64,000 nucleotides of DNA from an uncultured Eubacteriales bacterium (GTDB lineage Bacteria > Bacillota > Clostridia > Christensenellales > UBA1242): assembly GCA_900552105.1 (NCBI GenBank), contig URYH01000001.1:2341-66340 (forward strand), in the 5' to 3' direction. Numbering within the stretch: position 1 is the first letter of the stretch; every line of letters starts with the position of its first letter. A program made the position numbers and the translations under genes. Of this stretch, positions 1 through 8,433 are shown in pieces. The notes under the pieces are model-generated. The model ran no database searches. It had not been told where the DNA came from and was given only the letters and a program-made list of their open reading frames with translations.

Positions 1-1
1 T

Positions 2-1036
2 ACAATGTTCAGTCCAATGAGTAAACATAGAGATGAAATCTTCGGTTGGATTCCAAAAACAATTGAAAGCTATAACGATCCAAAGATGAGATGGAGTCCA
101 AAAATTGATAAACACGAGTTTGATGATTGCTTCAAAGATATAGACGTGCTTATTGCAACAGATTGTATTTCCGAAGGTCAAAACTTGCAGGACTGCGACC
201 TTTGCATAAATTACGATATTCACTGGAACCCAGTGCGCATTGTTCAAAGGTTTGGTCGTATTGACAGACTTGGAAGCAAAAACAAAGTAATAAGGCTTAT
301 AAACTTTTGGCCACCATTGCCACTTAATGAATACATCAACTTGACTGATAGGGTAAAGAGCAGGATGACAATTGTTGACCAAACTGCAACAGCCGATGAT
401 AACCTATTAAACCCAGATGACCAAATGGATGACTATCGTGAAATCCAAATAAAGAAACTTCGTGAAGGCGAGAACATTGACCTTGAAGATCAGAACAATG
501 GTATTTCAATCTCAGACCTTGGACTTAACGAGTTTAGAATGGATGCCGCGCAGTTTATTAAAACTTATGGCGAACCAAAACGAGTGCCAAAAGGAATGCA
601 CTCAGTTATCCCAGCAGATGAAGAAAAGGGTGTTGTGCCCGGTGTTATTTACATTTTGAAAAACCAAAACAACAATGTGAATATCAATAGGCAAAACAGG
701 TTGCACCCTTATTATCTCGTATATGTTGGTGTTGATGGCGAGATTATAGACAACCACTTGGAAGTCAAACAAATATTGGATGCACTTCGTTTGTCTTGCA
801 AAGGGCAAATTGCACCAATTCCAAAAGCATATAAAAAGTTCAATGATGAAACAAATGATGGACAGGATATGCACAAATATTCAGAACTACTTGAAGAAGC
901 CATAAAAAGCATAATTGAAGTTAAAGAACAAAGCGATATCAATGCACTTTTTAAACAAGGAAGTATGGTGCTAACGGGTGCAAAGATAAAAGGACTTGAT
1001 GACTTCGAACTATTAGCCTTCGTAGTAGTGAAATAA
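2..1036 (+). CDS. SNF2/DEAD-like superfamily-2 helicase, C-terminal part (5-prime end outside window)
   Basis: The frame is open from the window edge to the stop at 1034-1036. Helicase C-terminal motifs V-VI are readable ([17 protein letters not shown]; [19 protein letters not shown]). About 250 aa follow without a motif I recognise. Same strand as the next gene, 20 nt upstream of it. Confidence 0.8.
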   Translation, partial: TMFSPMSKHRDEIFGWIPKTIESYNDPKMRWSPKIDKHEFDDCFKDIDVLIATDCISEGQNLQDCDLCINYDIHWNPVRIVQRFGRIDRLGSKNKVIRLINFWPPLPLNEYINLTDRVKSRMTIVDQTATADDNLLNPDDQMDDYREIQIKKLREGENIDLEDQNNGISISDLGLNEFRMDAAQFIKTYGEPKRVPKGMHSVIPADEEKGVVPGVIYILKNQNNNVNINRQNRLHPYYLVYVGVDGEIIDNHLEVKQILDALRLSCKGQIAPIPKAYKKFNDETNDGQDMHKYSELLEEAIKSIIEVKEQSDINALFKQGSMVLTGAKIKGLDDFELLAFVVVK

Positions 1037-1056
1037 CCCAAAGATAAGGAGAAAAG

Positions 1057-1695
1057 ATGTTTATCTATAGCGACAAAACTGCTGTAAATATAAACTTTAA
1101 GATGCTTGAACTTTTCAGAACAATAAAGGCAGATAAAACAATAAAAACAGATGCACAAGTTGTTTCAAAAGTCATTCTAGCAAACACATTATCACCAGAT
1201 AGGACAAATCTGGAACCAAGCGAAAATGTGAAAGAAATCTACATAATGGACATTGTGCTAAATAGTGCAAGTGTTCCAACAAAGTTTATTGATGCACTAA
1301 ATAAATACATAAACTTCCAAATACTTTTTAGATTGCGATACGGAGTAGATGTCAAGTATATCACATCACTAAAAGTATTTACTGAAGATAAAACTAAGGT
1401 TTTGAAAACTTGCGAAAGTGATTGGCAAGAAGAAAACAAGGAAGAGTTTCCAACTACTAGCAAACTAGAAAATGTTTTCAAAGCAATGGTAAGTTACATC
1501 ACGAAAATAAGGTTTAGACAAGATGAAACTTTTGAAGAATACACAGACCGAACCAACCAAATAAGAAAGCACAAAACAGAGATTGAGAAACTAACAAAAA
1601 CTCGTGATGCAGAAAAACAACCAAACACAAAAATGGCTATAAATAGCCAAATAAAAGAACTCAAAAGAGAATTGGAACAGTTGGAGGTAATATGA
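1057..1695 (+). CDS. Hypothetical protein, DUF4391-like by genomic context
   Basis: 212 aa with an AAGGAG RBS just upstream of the ATG. Its stop overlaps the next start (ATGA at 1692-1695). The family label rests on my memory of a recurrent helicase / DUF4391 / methylase / Res gene order, not on a search. Confidence 0.55.
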   Translation: MFIYSDKTAVNINFKMLELFRTIKADKTIKTDAQVVSKVILANTLSPDRTNLEPSENVKEIYIMDIVLNSASVPTKFIDALNKYINFQILFRLRYGVDVKYITSLKVFTEDKTKVLKTCESDWQEENKEEFPTTSKLENVFKAMVSYITKIRFRQDETFEEYTDRTNQIRKHKTEIEKLTKTRDAEKQPNTKMAINSQIKELKRELEQLEVI

Positions 1696-2129
1696 ATAGG
1701 AAAAATAAAAAAATGATTTTAGAAGATATTCAGCTTTGTGAGGAAGCATTAAAAAGCGAAAATAATAAAGATTTTTTTCAATATGTTTATAAAAAATATC
1801 AAAGATTAGATGGTGAGTTATTCATAGCAGGTAAATCTGGTGCTCTTAATAGTAGTTATGATAATTGGAGTAAACAAATCAATCAATTAATTGGTTCATT
1901 GCGGGGCTATTTATTGATGAAAGACTTCCCTAATAATATGAGGCGAACAAATACTAAGATCGTAATAAAAAACAAAGATGGAATTATTGGTAATGGCAAT
2001 GTAAACAAGATAGATAAAAAAACAGATATAAACACAACAGTGGATATTGATGTTAGTAAAGACGAAAATTTAAAGAGGAAAGGAATATTTTCAAAAATTT
2101 TTAGCATTTTTAAAGGAGAGAAAAAATAA
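1692..2129 (+). CDS. Hypothetical Lys/Asn-rich 145-aa protein
   Basis: The start overlaps the upstream stop (ATGA). Its stop TAA shares one base with the mod ATG (TAATG at 2127-2131). Visibly more A+T-rich than its neighbours. No recognisable motif. Confidence 0.6.
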   Translation: MNRKNKKMILEDIQLCEEALKSENNKDFFQYVYKKYQRLDGELFIAGKSGALNSSYDNWSKQINQLIGSLRGYLLMKDFPNNMRRTNTKIVIKNKDGIIGNGNVNKIDKKTDINTTVDIDVSKDENLKRKGIFSKIFSIFKGEKK

Positions 2130-3991
2130 TGGATAAATTACAAATGCAAAGTAAAAATTTGGTTGATGAAAATATTGAATTCATCGCAAAAAGGTTTCCA
2201 AATTGTGTAACGGAAGCAATAGATGAAAATGGCAAGTTGACTAGACTTGTCGATTTTGATTTGCTCAAACAGGAACTTAGTAAAGACATTGTTGAGGGTA
2301 ATGATGAAAGATACACGCTTAATTGGGCTGGGAAGAAACAAGCAATTTTAACAGCGAATTCTCCTATCAATGCAACACTTCGCCCATGCAGAGAAGAAAG
2401 TGTTGATTTTGATAGCACAAAAAACCTTTATATTGAGGGGGACAATCTTGACGTTTTGAAACTTCTTCGTGAAACTTACTTGAACAAAGTTAAAATGATT
2501 TATATTGACCCACCTTACAATACTGGTAATGATTTTGTGTATGAAGATGATTTTGCTAGTAGCACTGAAGATTATTTGCAAGCAAGTAAGAGTTATGATG
2601 ATCAAGGCAATAGAATGTTCCAAAACAACGATTCAAATGGTAGATTTCATTCTGATTGGCTTTCAATGATGTATTCAAGACTGAAATTAGCAAAAGATTT
2701 ATTAACTGATGATGGGGTAATTTTTATTTCTATTGATGACAATGAACAAGAGAATTTAAAGAAAATTTGCAATGAAATATTTGGTGAATTAAATTTTATT
2801 GGCACACATATACGAAAAACAGTATCCCAAAGAGCAATGGCAAAAAATTATAATACACAACACGAATATTGCTTAATCTATACTAAAAATTATAATAATT
2901 TTGATTTATGTGGCGACGAAAAAAACTTTGATGTTTACAGTAATCCAGATAATGATCCACGAGGAGATTGGAAAACATCTGATCCCACTATGAGTGGATC
3001 TAAAAATAATTTCGCGATTATCAATCCATATAACGGAAAAATAGATTTTCCACCAAAAGGAAGAGGTTGGGCTTTTACTAAAGAAAAATTTGATTGTTTA
3101 GTAGATGAAGGGACGGTTATTTTCAAGAAAGATTGCAAGGAATCGGAAAGAGGTTTTATTTACAAAGCTTATAAGAAAGATTTAAGAAGTCAAAATTTGC
3201 TTTTAAATTCTCTAGACGTTTGCGAAAATCAATATATGAATCAAGTTTCGACAAAAGAAATGATGGAATTATTTGATGAACGAATGTTTGACTACGCCAA
3301 ACCAGTTTCATTTGTAAGAAAAATATTAAGTTATGATAAAAATAAAGAATCAATTATATTAGATTTTTTCTCGGGCTCTGCAACAACTGCTCACGCAGTG
3401 ATGAAATTAAATGCCGAAGATGGTGGGAATAGAAAATTTATTATGGTTCAACTTCCTGAAGTTTGTGATGAAAAATCAGAAGCTTACAAGGCTGGATATA
3501 AAAACATTTGCGAAATTGGCAAGGAAAGAATCCGTCGTGCAGGCAAGAAAATTAAAGAAGAAAATCCTAATGCAAAAGATTTGGATATCGGTTTTAGAGA
3601 TTTAAAACTTGATAGCAGTTGTATGAAAGACATTTATTATTCACCAGATAAAACAACACAAGATTTGCTTACTCAATTTGAAGATAACATCAAAGAAAAT
3701 AGAACTCCAGAAGATTTGCTATTCCAAGTAATGCTTGATATGGGTGTAATGCTTTCAAGTGAAATAAAAACATTAGAAATCAATGGCAAAAAAGTATTCA
3801 ATGTTAACGATGGCGACCTTGTTTGCTGTTTTGATAAAGACCTTAACGAGACGACAGTTACAGCAATAGCAAAAATGCAACCATTGTATGCAGTATTCCG
3901 TGATGCAAGTATGTCAACCGATAGCGTGGCAGTAAACTTTGACCAAATATTTGAAACTTATTCGCCAACCACAACAAGGAAGATAATTTAA
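2129..3991 (+). CDS. mod: Type III restriction-modification DNA methyltransferase (Mod), beta-class amino-methyltransferase
   Basis: 620 aa. Motif IV DPPY (MIYIDPPYNTGNDF) precedes motif I FxGxG (ILDFFSGSATTAHAV), the order typical of type III Mod. An A+T-rich central segment (about 2700-3350) fits a variable target-recognition domain. Confidence 0.9.
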   Translation: MDKLQMQSKNLVDENIEFIAKRFPNCVTEAIDENGKLTRLVDFDLLKQELSKDIVEGNDERYTLNWAGKKQAILTANSPINATLRPCREESVDFDSTKNLYIEGDNLDVLKLLRETYLNKVKMIYIDPPYNTGNDFVYEDDFASSTEDYLQASKSYDDQGNRMFQNNDSNGRFHSDWLSMMYSRLKLAKDLLTDDGVIFISIDDNEQENLKKICNEIFGELNFIGTHIRKTVSQRAMAKNYNTQHEYCLIYTKNYNNFDLCGDEKNFDVYSNPDNDPRGDWKTSDPTMSGSKNNFAIINPYNGKIDFPPKGRGWAFTKEKFDCLVDEGTVIFKKDCKESERGFIYKAYKKDLRSQNLLLNSLDVCENQYMNQVSTKEMMELFDERMFDYAKPVSFVRKILSYDKNKESIILDFFSGSATTAHAVMKLNAEDGGNRKFIMVQLPEVCDEKSEAYKAGYKNICEIGKERIRRAGKKIKEENPNAKDLDIGFRDLKLDSSCMKDIYYSPDKTTQDLLTQFEDNIKENRTPEDLLFQVMLDMGVMLSSEIKTLEINGKKVFNVNDGDLVCCFDKDLNETTVTAIAKMQPLYAVFRDASMSTDSVAVNFDQIFETYSPTTTRKII

Positions 3992-4003
3992 GGAAGAAAA
4001 TTT

Positions 4004-7000
4004 ATGAAATTTAGATTCAAAACACAGCCATATCAACAAGAAGCTGTAAGTAATATCAGCAAGGTATTCAAAGGACAGCCAAAGTTGGATATGGTTAGAT
4101 ACACAAGAGACTTGGGTATTAAGAAAAAGACTGAGCAAGTTACGCAGGCTTCACTTTTTGACGCATATGACGAAAATGACGATGGTTTCGAAAATGCTAA
4201 AATTTTGCTTGATGAAACTGACATTTTGCAAAACATAAAGCATATTCAACAAGACTGCAATTACAAAGAGTCAGAAGAGTTGGTTAAAGGTTTTGGCAAA
4301 TGTTCTCTTGACATTGAAATGGAAACAGGAACAGGCAAAACCTATGTGTATATCAACACCATTTTTGAACTCAATGAAAGATATGGTTGGAGTAAATTCA
4401 TTGTTGTTGTTCCAAGCATTGCTATTCGTGAAGGTGTTAAAAAGTCATTCCAAATGATGGAAGATCACTTCATGGATCGTTATCACAAAAAGGCAAGATA
4501 CTTTGTCTATAACAGCAAAAGGCTTTCGGAACTCGATAGTTTTGCTTCAAGCAGTGATATCAATGTAATGATTATCAACACGCAAGCATTCAACGCTCGT
4601 GGCGCTGATGCCAGAAGAATTGATATGGTGCTTGATGAATTTCAATCAAGAAAACCAATTGATGTTGTGGCAAAAACAAGACCAATCCTAATTCTTGATG
4701 AACCACAAAAGATGGGCGATGAGAAGAGTGCAACACAACTTTCACTTCGCAAATTCAATCCACTATTTTGTATGAACTTCTCGGCAACACACAAAAAACA
4801 ACACAATCTTGTATATTGCCTGGATGCAGTGGATGCATACAACAAATGCTTGGTTAAAAAGATTCAAGTCAAGGGCTTTGAAATTAAGAACTTGCGTGGA
4901 ACAGATAAATACCTATACTTGCAAGACATTGTGCTTTCACCAAACAAACCACCAATGGCAAGAATAGAAATGGAAATAAACTATAAGGCGGGAATAAATA
5001 GAGAAACGAGACTTGTTGTAGTTGGAAGAAATTTATATGATATTTCTGCTGGCAAAGGTGCAACTCCTTTGCAACAATACAAAGACGGCTATGTTGTTTC
5101 TGACATCAATCCATTCAACAACACAATCACTTTCCTAAATGGACAAGTTTTGCATATAGGCGAAGTGCTTGGAGATGTATCAGACAAAGACCTTAGAAGA
5201 ATACAGATAAGAGAAACAATCCGTTCCCACTTTGAGAAAGAAGAGAAGCTTTACGATAAAGGAATCAAATGCTTGTCATTGTTCTTCATTGATGAAGTTG
5301 TAAAGTATAGGGATTACAACGAGCCAGATGAAAAAGGCGAATATGCAAGAATGTTTGAAGAAGAGTACACAAAGGCACTCAACGAAAAGATAACACTATT
5401 TGAAACACCTTACATTCGCTACTTGAAAGGCATTGATGTTAAAGACACACACAAAGGTTATTTCTCAATAGATAAAAAGACCGGAAGAATGATTGACTCA
5501 AAAGAAAGTAAAGGCGAAGGCTCGGATGATATCTCAGCATACGACCTAATACTAAAGAACAAAGAGAGATTGCTTTCAAAAGAAGAACCAACAAGATTTA
5601 TATTCTCACACTCAGCGCTTCGTGAAGGTTGGGATAACCCAAACATCTTCCAAATTTGTGCATTGAAACCAGGTGGCGACAGTGCAATTGCAAAACGACA
5701 AGAAGTTGGTCGTGGACTTCGTATTGCTGTAAATATGATAGGCGATAGAACAGACCTTCATTATTTCAAGAATGAGAGATCATCATTCCATAATGTCAAT
5801 ACTTTAACAGTTATTGCAACTGACAGTTATAAAGACTTCGTTGGTTCAATACAAAAAGTGATTAAAGAGAACCTTGCAGATAGACCTACAAGAGCAACAA
5901 TTGAGTATTTCCGTGGCAAATTCGTTAGCGATGGAAAAGAGAGAATTCAAGTTGGTAGCGATATGGCAAGTGATATTCAAAGTTATTTAAGATTTAACGG
6001 TTATGCTGATAAAGACAACAAAATCACTCAAAAATACTTTGATGACAAGGCAAACAACACACTTGCGGTAATGCCAGAAATCCTTGCACCATACACAGAA
6101 AGTGTGCATAAACTTGTTGAAAGCATTTACAATGAAAAAGCACTTGATGGTATGTTTGAAGATGCTAACAAGTCAACAGTGGAAAGCAATCCACTTAACG
6201 ATAACTTCCACAAGGCAGAGTTCCAAAAACTTTGGAAGCAAATCAACCATAAATATACATACAAAGTTGACTTTGACAGCGAAGAACTTATTAAGCATTC
6301 AATTGAAAGCATAAACAAAGGATTGTTCGTTGCTGAATTAAAGTATGTTGTAACAATCGGTCAGCAAAAGAAAACAATGGATGAGAACGCATTAAAGCGT
6401 GGTGATTCGTTTAGCACAACCGACACAAGAACTGAAACAATTCGTAGTGGTGCTGCCGATAACACAAAATACGATCTAATTGGAAAAATTGTAGATAATA
6501 CAACTTTAACTAGAAGAACAGTAGTTCGCATTTTGCAAGGTATTACAAGAGAAAAATTTGAAATGTTTGCTATCAATCCAGAAGAGTTTATAACAAAGGT
6601 TTCAAGACTTATAAACGAGCAAAAAGCTTCAATGATTGTTGACCACATAACATACAATAAAACCGAAGGCGAATACGACAGTGATATCTTCACAGGCAAC
6701 CAAGCAAAGATTGACTTTGACAAGGCATATAAGGCGCAAAAGGCAATTCAAGATTATGTTGTAACCGATGGAACAGCTGAAGAGTCAATAGAGCGTAAGT
6801 TTGCAAAAGAACTTGATGTGGCAAATGAAGTTTGTGTATATGCAAAACTTCCAAGGTCGTTCCAAATTCCAACGCCAGTTGGAAACTATGCTCCAGACTG
6901 GGCAATAGCATTTAACGAAGGCAGTGTAAAACACATATACTTTGTTGCTGAAACAAAAGGTAGTATGGAATCACTAGAACTTCGTGGAATAGAAAAAGCA

Positions 7001-7114
7001 AAAACAGATTGTGCCAAAAAACTGTTTGACCAACTTCAACTTGCAGGCAATGTAAGATACGAAGTGGTGGATAGTTACGAAAGTTTGCTAGACAAAATGC
7101 AATCAATAGATTAA
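4004..7114 (+). CDS. res: Type III restriction endonuclease subunit (Res), SF2 helicase plus PD-(D/E)xK nuclease
   Basis: 1036 aa. Motif I METGTGKTY, motif II ILILDEPQK, motif VI QEVGRGLR, and a C-terminal nuclease signature APDWAIAF ... YFVAETKG. AAGGAAG RBS. Starts 12 nt after the mod stop. Confidence 0.9.
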   Translation: MKFRFKTQPYQQEAVSNISKVFKGQPKLDMVRYTRDLGIKKKTEQVTQASLFDAYDENDDGFENAKILLDETDILQNIKHIQQDCNYKESEELVKGFGKCSLDIEMETGTGKTYVYINTIFELNERYGWSKFIVVVPSIAIREGVKKSFQMMEDHFMDRYHKKARYFVYNSKRLSELDSFASSSDINVMIINTQAFNARGADARRIDMVLDEFQSRKPIDVVAKTRPILILDEPQKMGDEKSATQLSLRKFNPLFCMNFSATHKKQHNLVYCLDAVDAYNKCLVKKIQVKGFEIKNLRGTDKYLYLQDIVLSPNKPPMARIEMEINYKAGINRETRLVVVGRNLYDISAGKGATPLQQYKDGYVVSDINPFNNTITFLNGQVLHIGEVLGDVSDKDLRRIQIRETIRSHFEKEEKLYDKGIKCLSLFFIDEVVKYRDYNEPDEKGEYARMFEEEYTKALNEKITLFETPYIRYLKGIDVKDTHKGYFSIDKKTGRMIDSKESKGEGSDDISAYDLILKNKERLLSKEEPTRFIFSHSALREGWDNPNIFQICALKPGGDSAIAKRQEVGRGLRIAVNMIGDRTDLHYFKNERSSFHNVNTLTVIATDSYKDFVGSIQKVIKENLADRPTRATIEYFRGKFVSDGKERIQVGSDMASDIQSYLRFNGYADKDNKITQKYFDDKANNTLAVMPEILAPYTESVHKLVESIYNEKALDGMFEDANKSTVESNPLNDNFHKAEFQKLWKQINHKYTYKVDFDSEELIKHSIESINKGLFVAELKYVVTIGQQKKTMDENALKRGDSFSTTDTRTETIRSGAADNTKYDLIGKIVDNTTLTRRTVVRILQGITREKFEMFAINPEEFITKVSRLINEQKASMIVDHITYNKTEGEYDSDIFTGNQAKIDFDKAYKAQKAIQDYVVTDGTAEESIERKFAKELDVANEVCVYAKLPRSFQIPTPVGNYAPDWAIAFNEGSVKHIYFVAETKGSMESLELRGIEKAKTDCAKKLFDQLQLAGNVRYEVVDSYESLLDKMQSID

Positions 7115-7126
7115 AATGAGGTAAAT

Positions 7127-7924
7127 ATGGGCGGGTTAATATTTTTTCTTTTAATTCTAATTTGTAGCATTGTTGCTGGAATTGAACAACTTGCACAAGG
7201 TCGAATAAATGGACTTTGGTATATTTTAGTTCCTGGTGTAATCATAGTGGCTTTTGTGATTGCTTTAATAAAACAATATAATAAAGTTAAAAAGAAATAT
7301 TTGCCGACAAGTATTAAACAAAAGATACAACCAAAAAATGATTCGTTTTATGATTATTGGAATCAAATGAGAGAAAAAGCACTGCACGGTCCACTTGCAA
7401 CAGAGGAATTATATGAACACCTTGCAAAAGTTTTTGAGGAGGGACACTATTCGAATGTTGAAGATGTATCAAAACAGGGGATAAAAATACTAAAAGGAAC
7501 AAATAAAAATGGGGAAAAATATACATTTTTTTCTCTTGAAGATACAGATTTGGACTTTGACAAGTTGGCAGATATTTCAGAATTTATCCAAACGGAAAAA
7601 TTGTCTGGTTCAAAAATAAACTATGTGGCACAGCAAGTGCCGAAACAACCATATACCAATTTGTTTAAAAAGTGTATGATGGGAGAGGGTGTCAAAGTAT
7701 ACGACACAATCACAGTTTTAGATGAAGCAAACAAAATGCTTGGAATAGTGCAAGCACAAAATTTATCACAAGTAAGTGAGAAGAAAGTCGCAAAAGTGCA
7801 GAAGCCAAAGTATGAAAAAGTGTTCCCACACATGATGAGTTCCGATGATGATCCAGAAGAATTGCAGGAACTTGATGATATGATGGTTATGGATACTCTA
7901 GATGAAGATGATGATATGTTTTAA
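7127..7924 (+). CDS. Membrane-anchored hypothetical protein with a poly-acidic C-terminal tail
   Basis: 265 aa with two N-terminal hydrophobic helices (LIFFLLILICSIVAGI; LWYILVPGVIIVAFVIALI). The tail is SSDDDPEELQELDDMMVMDTLDEDDDMF. GAGG RBS. Starts 12 nt after the res stop. Confidence 0.7.
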   Translation: MGGLIFFLLILICSIVAGIEQLAQGRINGLWYILVPGVIIVAFVIALIKQYNKVKKKYLPTSIKQKIQPKNDSFYDYWNQMREKALHGPLATEELYEHLAKVFEEGHYSNVEDVSKQGIKILKGTNKNGEKYTFFSLEDTDLDFDKLADISEFIQTEKLSGSKINYVAQQVPKQPYTNLFKKCMMGEGVKVYDTITVLDEANKMLGIVQAQNLSQVSEKKVAKVQKPKYEKVFPHMMSSDDDPEELQELDDMMVMDTLDEDDDMF

Positions 7925-7936
7925 AAGGAGATAAAA

Positions 7937-8236
7937 ATGGAAAAAGAAATTATCATTCCACAAGGGTTATATGAAATAGGAGTAGATTTCCCAGAAGGAT
8001 CATACATTTTTGATTCAATGAATAAATATGGAACTCTTGAGATATTTGATCAAAAAAAACTTCAAAAGAGCAATTTGGATAATGACTACGATGATGACGA
8101 TGACATTGAAAGATATTTTGTTTTGGGTACAGGAAATGGTTTTCAATGCAAAGTAGTATTAAAAAAGAAAGATTGTCTAAAGATTGATTTTAGGGCAAAA
8201 GTAAGCAAGGTAAAAAAGATTTCATTTGAAGATTAA
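7937..8236 (+). CDS. Hypothetical 99-aa protein with an acidic run
   Basis: AAGGAG RBS, 12 nt after the previous stop. Internal DNDYDDDDDIE tract. Confidence 0.6.
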   Translation: MEKEIIIPQGLYEIGVDFPEGSYIFDSMNKYGTLEIFDQKKLQKSNLDNDYDDDDDIERYFVLGTGNGFQCKVVLKKKDCLKIDFRAKVSKVKKISFED

Positions 8237-8433
8237 GACAAAATAGACTAGGCAAAAGACATGGTCTATTTCTGTAAAAAGTTAAAATAAATATTTCAAA
8301 TCCTATTTTTAACTTTGGAAATTTAAATTTTTTTATACAGAATTGAAAATAATATATTATAATACAAACATAGTTGCAAAGATGCTCAAAATCATACTCC
8401 ACTTATGCAACTTAAAAATAAAAGGAGAATATT

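Noticed and set aside
2919-2925. A7 homopolymer inside mod as a phase-variation switch
   Set aside because: Runs of 6-8 A or T are common throughout this A+T-rich window, so the tract is not distinctive. No tetra- or pentanucleotide repeats of the kind typical of phase-variable type III mod genes were seen.
7127-7924. Mrr/NERD-like nuclease fold in the membrane-anchored acidic protein (ELYEHLAKVFEEGHYSNVEDV ... GIKILKG ... FFSLEDTD)
   Set aside because: The resemblance is only a loose spacing pattern. I could not identify a D...(D/E)xK catalytic set, so no nuclease call is made.
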